Shown: positions 42,583 to 53,163, counted from the stretch's first letter. The stretch: 64,000 nt of DNA from Alphaproteobacteria bacterium (GCA_030054135.1 JASGCN010000001.1:18013-82012), one strand, 5' to 3'. Numbers and translations: made by a program. Notes: generated by a model not told the origin, from the sequence alone.

Positions 42583-44909
42583 AGCGAATACTTCTCATAG
42601 ATACTCTCGCATTACTTCATCGGGCGTATCATGCAATTCCCGAACTTACCACAAAAAATGGAATTCCAACCGGGGCTCTTTTTGGTGTTGGGAATACACT
42701 TCTTACCATGATAGATTCACTTTCTCCAGATGTAATTGTTGCGTGTTATGACCGCCCAGAAAAAACACTTCGTGCGCAAGCAAACGCTGAATACAAAGGT
42801 ACACGAAAAGAATTAGATGATGCGTTGATCAGTCAAATTGAATCGTCAAAAATATTTTTACGTGCCTGCGGAGTGGCAGTGTGTGAAAAAGCAGGATACG
42901 AAGCTGATGATTTAATTGGAACACTCGCTGAACATTGGGGTAAAGAGACCCATGATGTGCATATTGTTTCTTGTGATAATGATTTATTACAATTGGTAAC
43001 CGACGGAGTAACGGTGCATCTCACAGTAAAAGGAATGCGTGAGCTTAAAGAATTCCACAAAAAAGAAGTAATTGAAAAATTTGGATTTGCTCCAGAATAT
43101 ATTCCTGATTACAAAGGACTTGCAGGTGATCAATCGGATAACATTTCTGGCATTAAAGGAATAGGAGAAAAAACAGCCACTACTCTCATCCAAGATGCAG
43201 GACATCTTGAAGACATATACCAAAAATTAAAATCAAAAAAATTAACACTCACAGAACGTTTGCAAAAATTATTGCATACCGGAGAGAAAGATGCATTCAA
43301 TTCTCGCGATCTTGCAACAATTCACAGAGAAGTCCCCATTACACAAGATATTCTTGCATTGCGTGAGTGGAGGGAGTCAATACAAACACAAGTATTGTAT
43401 TCTTTTTGTCTGTCTCATGAACTCAATTCTTTTCTCAAGCGTGCACGAGAAAAAGGACTTATGAATGAAGAAAAATCAAAAGAAGAATATGAAGGATATA
43501 CCTCTCCCACTCAAACAAAACAACCACACGCAGAGACAATATATCGATTGGGTGTGATGTGTTTTACTGCAAACTCTGACATGACAAAACCATCATGGGA
43601 AGAAATATGTGAATACACAAAAGAAACCGAAGAAGAGAAAATTGAAAAAATACTTCTTGAAAAAATACAAAAAAATAAACAAGAATTCATTTGGGAAAAT
43701 ATAGAACAACCTCTTATTAATGTGTTGTCTGATATGCGTGCATATGGCATTTTGCTTGATAGAAAAAAACTGAAATCCTTGAAATATGAGTATGAAAAAA
43801 ATATTACTCTAATAGAAAAAAAGATATACACTTTGGCAAAAAAAGAATTTAATATCAATTCACCAAAACAATTAGGTGAAGTACTTTTTGATGATCTACA
43901 ACTGGTGGCTCCCGGAAAAAACAAAACATCAGGTGGTGCTCGTTCTACACGAGAAGAAGTGCTTGTGTCTCTTGTGTCACAACATGCAATTATTGAGTAC
44001 ATTTTAAAACATCGCCACTATAGAAAAATACTTACCACATACATTGAAACTCTTCTTGAAAGTATGGATGAACAAGATAGAATTCATCCAACCTATTTAC
44101 AACATGGTGCAGTGACTGGGCGATTTGCGACCACCAATCCAAGTATTCAAAACATTCCACATAGTGAAGACACTAAAGAGCTTCGTGAGTGTTTCATTGC
44201 ACCAAAGGGACGAGTTATTATGAGCATTGATTACAGTCAAGTAGAACTTCGCATTGCTTCAATTCTTTCTAAAGATAAGAACTTTATTGACGTATTTAAA
44301 CGGGGGGAAGACGTGCATACCTCTGTCGCTAGTAAAATGTTTAATGTAAGGATAGATGCAGTTACAAAAGACATGCGAAGGTCAGCTAAGGGTATTAATT
44401 TTGGCATTTTATACGGTATGGGAGCGCAAGCTCTCAAAGATGTGCTTGGGGTAACAAAAACAGAAGCAGAGAGCTATTTATATACCTATAAAGACACATT
44501 TAGAGATTTAATGAAATTTCTTGAAGCAACAAAAGCACATATGTATAAATACGGCTATGTGCTAACTGCTTTTGGAAGAAGAAGAAATATTGAAGGACAT
44601 GCATCAAAACTTCCGTTTATTCGTGCACAAGCAGAACGATTCGCCATTAACGCACCCATTCAAGGAACAAGTGCTGATATTATTAAAATTGCAATGAAAG
44701 AAATTATTGCTGCCCTTAAAAAAAACAACCTTGAAGATGATGTAAAAATGATAATGCAAATACATGATGAATTAGTATTTGAAGTGGCAAACAAAAAACA
44801 AAAAGAAGCAGAACAATTAATCACTTCAATTATGGAAAATGTCTATCCTCCCAACAAAGATCCAATACCACTTACCACCTCTGTCTCTGTGCAGGATACA
44901 TGGGTCTAA
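42579..44909 (+). CDS. polA: DNA polymerase I (5'-3' exonuclease plus polymerase; central 3'-5' exonuclease region much reduced)
   Basis: GYEADD, GDQSDNISG, DYSQVELR, AKGINFGILYG, QIHDEL; only 776 aa. Confidence 0.95.
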   Translation: MKRILLIDTLALLHRAYHAIPELTTKNGIPTGALFGVGNTLLTMIDSLSPDVIVACYDRPEKTLRAQANAEYKGTRKELDDALISQIESSKIFLRACGVAVCEKAGYEADDLIGTLAEHWGKETHDVHIVSCDNDLLQLVTDGVTVHLTVKGMRELKEFHKKEVIEKFGFAPEYIPDYKGLAGDQSDNISGIKGIGEKTATTLIQDAGHLEDIYQKLKSKKLTLTERLQKLLHTGEKDAFNSRDLATIHREVPITQDILALREWRESIQTQVLYSFCLSHELNSFLKRAREKGLMNEEKSKEEYEGYTSPTQTKQPHAETIYRLGVMCFTANSDMTKPSWEEICEYTKETEEEKIEKILLEKIQKNKQEFIWENIEQPLINVLSDMRAYGILLDRKKLKSLKYEYEKNITLIEKKIYTLAKKEFNINSPKQLGEVLFDDLQLVAPGKNKTSGGARSTREEVLVSLVSQHAIIEYILKHRHYRKILTTYIETLLESMDEQDRIHPTYLQHGAVTGRFATTNPSIQNIPHSEDTKELRECFIAPKGRVIMSIDYSQVELRIASILSKDKNFIDVFKRGEDVHTSVASKMFNVRIDAVTKDMRRSAKGINFGILYGMGAQALKDVLGVTKTEAESYLYTYKDTFRDLMKFLEATKAHMYKYGYVLTAFGRRRNIEGHASKLPFIRAQAERFAINAPIQGTSADIIKIAMKEIIAALKKNNLEDDVKMIMQIHDELVFEVANKKQKEAEQLITSIMENVYPPNKDPIPLTTSVSVQDTWV

Positions 44910-45036
44910 TGGAAACAAAAAATAAGCAGAGAATCTGTTTTTGTGGTAGCATATGGGGTAGCATTTTATCTAATTAAGAATTTTTTTTTGATCATAAAAT
45001 ATTGCATTATTAATTAATTACATCTATTTTTTTTCT

Positions 45037-46428
45037 ATGAATAACAACAATATATTATTTGCAATTGTCATTGTTATTATTTTGGCCGTTGGTGCATATG
45101 TTTATATAAATAATTCTTCAACACACTCATCAAGTAAAGATGGTATTGGAGGGTATATATATACTTCACTGAACGGACAAAATGGCACTGATAACAAAAT
45201 TATTAAATTTGAAAGACTGTCTGACGGGTCTCTTGGTGCACAAACAAATTATCGCACACTAGGAAAAGGAGGCGCTAATATATCTGCAGGAGGAGACGCT
45301 CATGGAGATTTCGATGCACAAGAAGCTATTAGCATTATTGATAAAAAGTATTTGCTCGTAGCAAATGCGGGGAGCAATGATATTACAGTATTTAATCTTG
45401 ATAGTGAAAATGGAAACTTGAGCAACGCAAAAGTGTATCCTTCAAAAGGTACTCGTCCAGTATCTATCGCATACACAAAAAAAAGCGATGGAAATTATTG
45501 GGTGGTGGTAGGAAATCAATGGAACAATCCTAATAAACAAAAAGGAGGAGTGGGGGAAGCTCCAATTGAAAGGTATCCAAACGATGCTTTTTTTACAAAT
45601 ACAGTAAATGAAATATTACAAGATAGAAATATATCTCTTTTTACATTTGACAAAGAGACAGGAGCTCTTTCTTTTGAAAAAGTATTAGATACATATTCTG
45701 GAATAAACGGTGGGCCAACAACAGTTGCATTCAATAGAACTGGAAAAAAATTGGCAGTAACAACATGGGGGGTGGCACACTTTAACACTGCATCTCCAAG
45801 TTTAAAAGAACAACTTCCAGGTCGTGTGTATGTATATGATTTTCAAGATGGATCTGTAGAAAACGAACACTACTTTGAAGAGAAAGGTATTTCGGGAAGT
45901 ATTGGGTTTGCTTGGAGTACAAAATCTGATCACATATATGTATCCAACTTTAATTTAACAAAAGAAAAAAGAGACGCAGGAAATAGCGTGACGGTATTGC
46001 TTCCAACAAAAACTGGTATTTCTAAAGTTCAAAATTTTGCAACAGGAACAGGAGATATTGATGAAGCATGTTGGGTATATGTTGACAAAAAAAATGACAG
46101 AGTGTTAGTTTCGAGTTTCGGGGCAAACTGGATCTCTACTTTCAAAATGAACGGAAATGGTACTCTTTCAAAAATTGGCAGTGATAAAAACACCACCTAT
46201 ACCAAAAGAGCTGCTTCTGTTCCAAATGGAGACACGAAAGATCTTTTTGTAGCCGAAGGAAAATATCTTTATGCTGCCGGTGCATTTCAAACATACACCA
46301 TTGGTGTAATGCATATTAATAAAGACGGTTCACTTACACAAGTGGCCGAAGTTCCAGTGAAAGACGCAACAAACAAACAAGGGCCAGGTTCGTATAACTT
46401 TCTTGGTTTAGTTGGGTTTGATCTTTAA
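45037..46428 (+). CDS. Membrane-anchored beta-propeller, lactonase (6-phosphogluconolactonase-like) family
   Basis: N-terminal TM; LLVANAGSNDITVF, GTRPVSIA and ACWV blades. Confidence 0.7.
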   Translation: MNNNNILFAIVIVIILAVGAYVYINNSSTHSSSKDGIGGYIYTSLNGQNGTDNKIIKFERLSDGSLGAQTNYRTLGKGGANISAGGDAHGDFDAQEAISIIDKKYLLVANAGSNDITVFNLDSENGNLSNAKVYPSKGTRPVSIAYTKKSDGNYWVVVGNQWNNPNKQKGGVGEAPIERYPNDAFFTNTVNEILQDRNISLFTFDKETGALSFEKVLDTYSGINGGPTTVAFNRTGKKLAVTTWGVAHFNTASPSLKEQLPGRVYVYDFQDGSVENEHYFEEKGISGSIGFAWSTKSDHIYVSNFNLTKEKRDAGNSVTVLLPTKTGISKVQNFATGTGDIDEACWVYVDKKNDRVLVSSFGANWISTFKMNGNGTLSKIGSDKNTTYTKRAASVPNGDTKDLFVAEGKYLYAAGAFQTYTIGVMHINKDGSLTQVAEVPVKDATNKQGPGSYNFLGLVGFDL

Positions 46429-46444
46429 TTATTTTTTAAAGAAC

Positions 46445-46471
46445 AAAAAAGACGGCAAGGCCGTCTTTTTT
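46445..46471. terminator. Intrinsic, potentially bidirectional terminator
   Basis: AAAAAA-GACGGC-AAG-GCCGTC-TTTTTT. Confidence 0.85.
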
Positions 46472-46516
46472 GTGTCTTAACTGTCAACAAAAGTATTCTT
46501 ATGCGTATAATATGTT

Positions 46517-48238
46517 ATGAATGAATCATTTTTTATTAGCATAGGAAGGTTTTTTATAAGCAGTAAGGGAGTAGTGGTTATATTGTTTATTATTGGAGGT
46601 ATATGGGGGTGGGTGGCAATGACAAAAAATATTGATACTCAAACACTATATACACTAACAGCTCCAGAAGTGCGTCAAATTCAAGATGGTATAGAAATAT
46701 CGGGGGCAGTTGTTCCAGATGTATCTGTTGATATCAAGCCTCTTTCTACTGCACAAGTAGTAAAGGTAAACATTACTCAAGGACAAAAAGTTAAAAAAAA
46801 TCAAGTGCTCGTTGTGCTTGATCAAAAAAATGCCCTCCAATCGCTTAATCAAGCAAAAAATAATTATGAATCTATCCAAGCACAATATAATAAATTTTTA
46901 AAACGAAATCTTACGGAAACTGACAAACGCATTTTAGAGGAAGATTTAAAACAAAGTGAAATAGTTCTTGCACAAGGGCATACCAGTGCAATAGAAAAAA
47001 TTAAATCTTTATTTATTGAATCTCAAAAAATTATCGAGGATACAAATATTTATTTTTCCAATATATACACGCCGTTTGTCTATTTTACTGGTAATAAGGT
47101 TTCTTTTCAAGAAAACATTTTTATAAACAATATTAACAACATACAATCAAATCTTGTTGAACTAAGAAAAAAACTTGTAACTGAAATTGCTCGAATATCT
47201 CCGATTATTTTGACGAGTACTACAAATACATATGCACAATCATTTAAAGAATACGAAACATTTCTTAATATTCAAAAAGAATATTTTGGGCATTTTCATG
47301 TGCTTGCGACACAATACGCTTTTGATCAAACATCACCACAAACACTTGCTCTTATTTCACAAATGCAAAGTGGGCTTTCTCAAACGCAGTCTATGCAAAC
47401 AAATATTATTACTACTGATCAATTACTTACACAAACAAAAACTTCCTATACACAAAAACAATTGATGTATCAACAAAAAACTGAAGAACCAACAAAAGAA
47501 GACCATACAATACAAGCTGCGTTGGTTGAAAATTCAAGACTTAATTATATACAAGCACAAAACAATTATAATAATACAATCATTCTAGCCCCATTTGATG
47601 GAGTAATTTCAAGTGTGAATGCAAAAATAGGTGAAGCAGGAACAGGTAATATCGCAAGCATCATAGGATTAAAAAAAATTGTAAAGGTATTTATTAATGA
47701 AAATGACATTTCCTCTATTATGTTGGGACAAAAAGTGACTATCGCAGTAGATGCATTACATGGAAAAGAATTTGAAGGAAAAATATCTGCAATTGATCCA
47801 ATTGGGGTGTCAACGCAGGGGGTAGTTACCTATCCCGTTACTATTGAATTTGATAATATAATCGATGAAGTAAAAATAAATATGTCAGTATCTACAAAAA
47901 TTATTATTAGAGATTTTGGTGAAGCTCTCTCAGTTCCCATATCTGCCATTAAAAAGAAAGACGGTGTTGATTATGTGCTTGTAGTTCCTCACTATTTGAA
48001 TAGTCAAATTTCTCGTACAGGCGTGGTACTTACTTCAGATCCAATCCCTACGCATGTAATTACTGGGAATCAAAATTCTGAATATATAGAAATTATTAGT
48101 GGTATTGATGAAAATACAGTTATTGTGCAAAAAATAACAACTGGCACTGCATCGGTAGCACCACAAAAAAATATATTTAATGCTATCGGAGTTCAAGGAG
48201 GAAGTCAAAACAGATCAGCTGGAGGCCCTCGTTTTTAA
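46517..48238 (+). CDS. MacA/HlyD-like efflux adaptor (membrane fusion protein) with long coiled coil
   Basis: GQKVKKNQVL and ILAPFDGVI lipoyl halves, INENDI, GVVTYPV. Confidence 0.88.
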   Translation: MNESFFISIGRFFISSKGVVVILFIIGGIWGWVAMTKNIDTQTLYTLTAPEVRQIQDGIEISGAVVPDVSVDIKPLSTAQVVKVNITQGQKVKKNQVLVVLDQKNALQSLNQAKNNYESIQAQYNKFLKRNLTETDKRILEEDLKQSEIVLAQGHTSAIEKIKSLFIESQKIIEDTNIYFSNIYTPFVYFTGNKVSFQENIFINNINNIQSNLVELRKKLVTEIARISPIILTSTTNTYAQSFKEYETFLNIQKEYFGHFHVLATQYAFDQTSPQTLALISQMQSGLSQTQSMQTNIITTDQLLTQTKTSYTQKQLMYQQKTEEPTKEDHTIQAALVENSRLNYIQAQNNYNNTIILAPFDGVISSVNAKIGEAGTGNIASIIGLKKIVKVFINENDISSIMLGQKVTIAVDALHGKEFEGKISAIDPIGVSTQGVVTYPVTIEFDNIIDEVKINMSVSTKIIIRDFGEALSVPISAIKKKDGVDYVLVVPHYLNSQISRTGVVLTSDPIPTHVITGNQNSEYIEIISGIDENTVIVQKITTGTASVAPQKNIFNAIGVQGGSQNRSAGGPRF

Positions 48239-48241
48239 TAT

Positions 48242-48958
48242 ATGTTGCAATTAAAAAATATATATAAAGAATATGGAGGTGGCGATACTTGTGTTCCTGT
48301 GCTTTATGATATCACTCTTAGTATTAATGATGGAGAGTTTGTTGCGATTATGGGGCCATCTGGATCTGGAAAATCAACGCTTATGCATATTCTTGGATGT
48401 CTTGATATAGCTACACGAGGAAACTATACTATTAATAATATTGAAGTTGGGCATGCGCACGAAGAAAAACTAGAAGAATTGCGTAGAAATGAAATAGGAT
48501 TTGTTTTTCAATCATTTAATCTTCTCCCACGGCGCACTGTTCTTGAAAATGTTATGCTTCCTCTCGTATACGCACATGTTCCATTTGAAAAAAGAGAATC
48601 TCGTGCAATTGAAGCACTTGCAAAGGCTGGCTTTGATACCTCTCGTATACATCATAAAAGTAATCAAATTTCTGGAGGGCAAGCACAGCGTGTCGCCATT
48701 GCTCGTGCTTTAGTGAATAATCCGCATATTATTCTTGCTGATGAACCAACGGGGAATCTTGATAGCAAAACAGGGGAAATAGTTCTTGGCACATTTCAAT
48801 CTATAAACAAGAGAGAAAAAGCAACAGTTATACTTATTACTCATGAACGAGATGTAGCAGAACATGCGGACAGGATTATCTTTTTGAAAGATGGCAAAAT
48901 TGCTTCGGACGAAAAAAATAAACATATTAGAAAAACTATTTATTATGACGCTCATTGA
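48242..48958 (+). CDS. MacB/LolD-like ABC ATPase
   Basis: [34 protein letters not shown]. Confidence 0.95.
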   Translation: MLQLKNIYKEYGGGDTCVPVLYDITLSINDGEFVAIMGPSGSGKSTLMHILGCLDIATRGNYTINNIEVGHAHEEKLEELRRNEIGFVFQSFNLLPRRTVLENVMLPLVYAHVPFEKRESRAIEALAKAGFDTSRIHHKSNQISGGQAQRVAIARALVNNPHIILADEPTGNLDSKTGEIVLGTFQSINKREKATVILITHERDVAEHADRIIFLKDGKIASDEKNKHIRKTIYYDAH

Positions 48959-50165
48959 TCTTTTTAGAGAAGTGTATACTGCCATCGTAGCGAATAAGTT
49001 TCGGTCTGGGCTCACAGTACTTGGAATTATAATCGGCATTAGTTCAGTGGTAGTACTATTGGCCATTGGTGCGGGTACGCAAAAAAGTATTGAAGAAAGA
49101 ATTCAATCAATTGGATCAAACCTTATTATGGTACAGCCTAGTTTTGGGAGAGGGCAAGGGGCGGTTAATCAAGGAAGAGGGTCAGTTCAAACTCTCACAA
49201 TAGATGATTTTGAAAAAATTTCAAAAGAAATAGACGGCATTCGAGCAATTTCTCCAGAAATAAATGGAAGAAGACAGGTGATATATCAAAGAAAAAATAC
49301 CAATACACAAGTCATTGGAGTAAGTGATACATATCAACACATTCGAGCGTTAGAAATTGATGTAGGGGACTTTTTTACAGAACAGCAGGTTGCTAATGTA
49401 TCACGATTTGCAGTATTGGGAAGTACCACAAAAACAGATTTATTTGGAGACGATGACGCAATTAAAAAACGTATTCGTATAGGAGGGATAGATTTTACTG
49501 TTATTGGAATTATTAAATCAAAAGGGCAATCAGGATTTGGAAGCCAAGATGACAGAATTATTATTCCGTACACAACTGCACAGCGTTATTTTTCAAAAAA
49601 TAATTATATTAGTTCAATTCAAATATCATCTCTTTTTTCAGGGGAAGAGATGATCGTGGTGCAAGAAAAAATACAACAATTACTTCTTTCTATACATAAA
49701 ATAAATAATCCTGCACAGGCGGATTTTAGTGTTGTAAATCAATCAGATATTATTGATACCGCTTCGAGTATTACAAAAACTCTTACAGGATTTCTAATAT
49801 CTGTTGCTGCCATTTCTCTTATCGTTGGGGGCATTGGTATCATGAATATGATGCTTACAAATGTAACTGAACGAATACGAGAAATTGGATTACGAAAAGC
49901 AGTGGGTGCAAGTAAAAAAAATATTCGGATGCAATTTTTGTTTGAAGCGATAGTGCTCACAAGTATAGGTGGCGTATGTGGTATTATCTTAGGAATTGTA
50001 ATTTCATTTATTCTTGAATATTTTTTTAACATTGCGAGTGATGTATCTCTCAATTCTATACTTGTATCTGTTTTAGTATCTTCTGTTATTGGTATAGTGT
50101 TTGGATATATTCCAGCGCGCACAGCAGCTAATTTAAGCCCAATTGATGCACTTCGGCATGAATAA
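48945..50165 (+). CDS. MacB-like ABC permease
   Basis: RSGLTVLGIIIG, GGIGIMNMML..ERIREIGLRKAVGA, PIDALR. Confidence 0.93.
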   Translation: MTLIDLFREVYTAIVANKFRSGLTVLGIIIGISSVVVLLAIGAGTQKSIEERIQSIGSNLIMVQPSFGRGQGAVNQGRGSVQTLTIDDFEKISKEIDGIRAISPEINGRRQVIYQRKNTNTQVIGVSDTYQHIRALEIDVGDFFTEQQVANVSRFAVLGSTTKTDLFGDDDAIKKRIRIGGIDFTVIGIIKSKGQSGFGSQDDRIIIPYTTAQRYFSKNNYISSIQISSLFSGEEMIVVQEKIQQLLLSIHKINNPAQADFSVVNQSDIIDTASSITKTLTGFLISVAAISLIVGGIGIMNMMLTNVTERIREIGLRKAVGASKKNIRMQFLFEAIVLTSIGGVCGIILGIVISFILEYFFNIASDVSLNSILVSVLVSSVIGIVFGYIPARTAANLSPIDALRHE

Positions 50166-50660
50166 ATGTATGGTACTGCTATGTTAATTCCATTAGAACA
50201 AATTCTTGTAACACACAATGAAATTCGAAATAAAGATTCAGTTGAGAATCTTTTGTTACATACCAATAATGGAATAGTTCTTTCTGAAAGTATTGTGTGT
50301 AAAGATGATATGTGCGCTAAAATAATTTTAGTACCAATAGAAAAAGATAAATATTTATTACACGATGGGCATCACAGAGTACGAGCAATTCATTTAAGCG
50401 GGAGAACACACCTCGATCCCTTGGAATATAGATTTGAAAATATTCCTATATCTATATACAATGAAATAAATTTTGAAGCAAAGTGGGTAACACCTTTTGA
50501 TATCTATACTGAAGTACGAAAAAAAGATTTTCTCGCATTTAAAAAAAGGGTTTTTGATATATATACATACAGCGAGAAAGAAGCTCGTGCATTTATTTAT
50601 GCACATGCAGATGAATACAAGGAACCTCGTAGAGCCAATACCATTGCAGATGTACGGTAG
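50166..50660 (+). CDS. Small ParB/Sulfiredoxin-like domain protein
   Basis: YLLHDGHHRVRA motif. Confidence 0.65.
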   Translation: MYGTAMLIPLEQILVTHNEIRNKDSVENLLLHTNNGIVLSESIVCKDDMCAKIILVPIEKDKYLLHDGHHRVRAIHLSGRTHLDPLEYRFENIPISIYNEINFEAKWVTPFDIYTEVRKKDFLAFKKRVFDIYTYSEKEARAFIYAHADEYKEPRRANTIADVR

Positions 50661-50663
50661 ATA

Positions 50664-51206
50664 TTATTTTTTTTTATATATATCGGTATCACTAAAAGAT
50701 GCTTGTAATTCCCAGAAATGTGTATCTTGGAGGTGTGCATGATATTCTCGAGTAGATGATCCATCAAATTGACCAAAGAGATGTTTGTTCGTACTTATCA
50801 GATACCCACACGGTAAGAGATATTTTTTATATATAGGGATAAGTGTCATATCTGGAGCATACCCATCAAAAATAATGCAATCATATTTTTTGGACGCTAC
50901 ATATTCTTGTGCGCTGGTGTGGTGAAGAGTTACGTGTGGGAGATGTAGTAGGTTTTCTTTTGCGAGAGCAACGTGTGTCGCGTCTTCTTCAATAGTATCA
51001 ATGTATGCGTGTGGATAGGTGTGTGCCAGTATGGTGGTTAAAAATCCAGTACCTGTACCAATTTCAAGCATATGTGTGCAGGGAATATATTGTAACTGTA
51101 CACACAATTCTTTATATGATGTATATGGAGCTCCTCCACATTTGTGCTCTATGTGATGTTTATTTGCTTTTTCAAGTAGTGCATCAAAATATCTATCATC
51201 TTTCAT
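50664..51206 (-). CDS. Class I SAM-dependent methyltransferase
   Basis: LEIGTGTG, YDCIIFD, LLPCG motifs. Confidence 0.85.
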   Translation of the reverse strand: MKDDRYFDALLEKANKHHIEHKCGGAPYTSYKELCVQLQYIPCTHMLEIGTGTGFLTTILAHTYPHAYIDTIEEDATHVALAKENLLHLPHVTLHHTSAQEYVASKKYDCIIFDGYAPDMTLIPIYKKYLLPCGYLISTNKHLFGQFDGSSTREYHAHLQDTHFWELQASFSDTDIYKKK

Positions 51207-51207
51207 G

Positions 51208-51645
51208 TTAGTCCACTATATAGTGACTAGACACACGAGATGATTTTTTTTTGGAGGAAGATATATTTAATATGTGTTTAATATTTTCTATGAATTCTTG
51301 ATATCTTTTGAATTGTTCAAAAGAAACAGATGATACCCCCAGCTTAATTTGTATGTACTCTTTTTGCTTGCTTGGTGTGAATATGTTGTTTTGGGATAGT
51401 GTGCCAAATTGTACGGTAAGTTTTATTTTTTCCATTGCTTTCTTGTTTCGCTCAATTGCTTGTTCTATTGTTTTACTAGGTGTATATAACAGAACAGTAT
51501 TTTTTTCTTCACTACTAATAAAAATTTCTTCTGGCCGTTTTTTGTTTGTGGGAGCGTATCTTCTCTCAATTTCTCTTTGACTGTGTTTTGAATCAATGCT
51601 TCCAGGCCTAAAATGATGTCCTCGCATGTTCGGTGTTCTATTCAT
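51208..51645 (-). CDS. Hypothetical basic protein
   Basis: 145-aa ORF filling the gap, co-oriented with the methyltransferase. Confidence 0.5.
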   Translation of the reverse strand: MNRTPNMRGHHFRPGSIDSKHSQREIERRYAPTNKKRPEEIFISSEEKNTVLLYTPSKTIEQAIERNKKAMEKIKLTVQFGTLSQNNIFTPSKQKEYIQIKLGVSSVSFEQFKRYQEFIENIKHILNISSSKKKSSRVSSHYIVD

Positions 51646-51708
51646 ATTTGTATATTAATGCACATTGTGAGAAATGTAAAAATCTTATCAACATGATATG
51701 CTGTGGGT

Positions 51709-52440
51709 ATGTTATATATCTATACTGGCAATGGAAAAAATGTTCGCACAGAGGCACGAGCATTAATAGAACTGTGCAAAAAAAAGAGGCCCGATGCATT
51801 ATATGAAGTTTTTTCTTCTGTGCGAGAATCTCAATTGACTCTTGGTGAAATAGTGTATGGGACTGGACTTTTTGCAAAGAAACATATTGTTTTTATTGAT
51901 GAGCCAAAAAATTTTGATGGGGAATGGCGTGGGGTATATGACTATCTGTTGGAGCACGCGTCTGTTATTGTGGCTTCAGAGCACATGTTTGTTTTAGTAG
52001 AATCAGAAATTCCTCCAAAGGAGCTTGAAACATTTAAAAAGACAGGAGCAGTCATACACAGTAAAAGTGAAGTAGTTGAAGAAACACGCCCTTCCTTTGC
52101 GCTTGCACAAGCGCTTGCATCAAAAAATAGAAAAGAATTTTTTGTAACTGTGCATCGTATGCGTTTGCGTGGAGAAAATATTGATGCGTGTGTCCCAACA
52201 TTGTATTGGCAGTTGCGGATGTTGTTGCTTGCAAAAAATCATTCAACTGCGCAAGACGCAGGAGTAAAAGAATATCCATTTGCACAGGCAAAAAAATATG
52301 CGCCCTTGTGGAGTAGCAGTGAATTGCTTTCAGTGCATATAGCAATTGATGAAGCAGAACGATTAGAGCGTATGAAACGATTGTCGTTTGTAGATATGTT
52401 TGACTACATTATGCTTTCCATTCCTGTGGCTCGGGTATAG
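51709..52440 (+). CDS. holA: DNA polymerase III delta subunit-like
   Basis: MLYIYTG, GLFAKKHIV, FALAQAL, GVKEYPFAQA pattern. Confidence 0.7.
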   Translation: MLYIYTGNGKNVRTEARALIELCKKKRPDALYEVFSSVRESQLTLGEIVYGTGLFAKKHIVFIDEPKNFDGEWRGVYDYLLEHASVIVASEHMFVLVESEIPPKELETFKKTGAVIHSKSEVVEETRPSFALAQALASKNRKEFFVTVHRMRLRGENIDACVPTLYWQLRMLLLAKNHSTAQDAGVKEYPFAQAKKYAPLWSSSELLSVHIAIDEAERLERMKRLSFVDMFDYIMLSIPVARV

Positions 52441-52450
52441 CAGTGTCGCG

Positions 52451-52525
52451 TGGCCCCCTCAGCTGGAATCGAACCAACATCAACGGCTTAGAAGTCCGCT
52501 GTTCTATCCATTGAACTATGAGGGG
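52451..52525 (-). tRNA. tRNA-Arg(TCT)
   Basis: CCCCTCA/TGAGGGG acceptor, loop CTTCTAA, GTTCGATTC, encoded CCA; one A-G mismatch closes the anticodon stem. Confidence 0.92.
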
Positions 52526-52620
52526 AGAACAATTCTAGTATACTGAATTGTTTTTTATTTTGCTTATAGTGGATATATCTTTTTTTTGTAATTTAGTTTA
52601 CAATATATTTCATAGCGCAT

Positions 52621-52707
52621 GGAAGGATGGCTGAGTGGTTGAAAGCACCCGTCTTGAAAACGGGCAGGCGCGTAAGCGTCTCGAGAGTTCGAATCTCTCT
52701 CCTTCCG
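52621..52707 (+). tRNA. tRNA-Ser(TGA)
   Basis: GGAAGGA/TCCTTCC acceptor, CCCGT-CTTGAAA-ACGGG, long variable arm, GTTCGAATC. Confidence 0.97.
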
Positions 52708-52718
52708 CAATGTATTCA

Positions 52719-53081
52719 TTGTACAAAGTTCGAATGTATTTTGAGCAAAACCCTAATGATGAATGAATCGTTCCGCCACTGCCTCGCAAAGCCTCGGCAA
52801 CCCCGAAAGAAAAAACACTCCTTACATTTCTGATTTGGTGGGGGTGAAATTTCTTTTGAAAAAGGAAAGGGTGTTTTTCTTTCGGGGTTCTGCCTTCCAA
52901 GTATTCAGGCAGGTGGCGGAACAATGCGGACGAAGTTTTGGCAAAACTATTTTTTGGGGAAAGGATTTGCCAAAACTTCGGCTCATTTGTTTTTGAATTC
53001 GGATGTCGCAGATGGAAAAGGAGGGGTTTGGGGAGGAATTTTCCATTTGCTCCTCTGATTTCTTTTGGCGAAATTCTGGCA
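52719..53081 (+). repeat. Left composite inverted end of the island
   Basis: Blocks A, B and C match the reverse complement of 56438-56626; extra 150-nt hairpin at 52771-52921. Confidence 0.9.
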
Positions 53082-53101
53082 TTGAGAAAAGAATGGGAAG
53101 C

Positions 53102-53140
53102 TGATATAATTCTATTGCAAGTCATAAGAGTATTATATCA
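53102..53140. promoter_or_regulatory. Inverted repeat upstream of the HTH gene, candidate controller-protein operator
   Basis: TGATATAAT-N21-ATTATATCA; a second dyad ATAGT-CT-ACTAT overlaps the start codon. Confidence 0.45.
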
Positions 53141-53163
53141 CTTTCCATACATTATAGTCTACT

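Noticed and set aside
42579-44909. Short PolA as a pseudogene
   Set aside because: Single intact frame with all 5'-exonuclease and polymerase motifs; loss of the proofreading region is common
52451-52525. tRNA-Arg(TCT) as a pseudogene because of an A-G mismatch in the anticodon stem
   Set aside because: All other arms and the CCA are intact; a single mismatch is tolerated or could be a sequencing error
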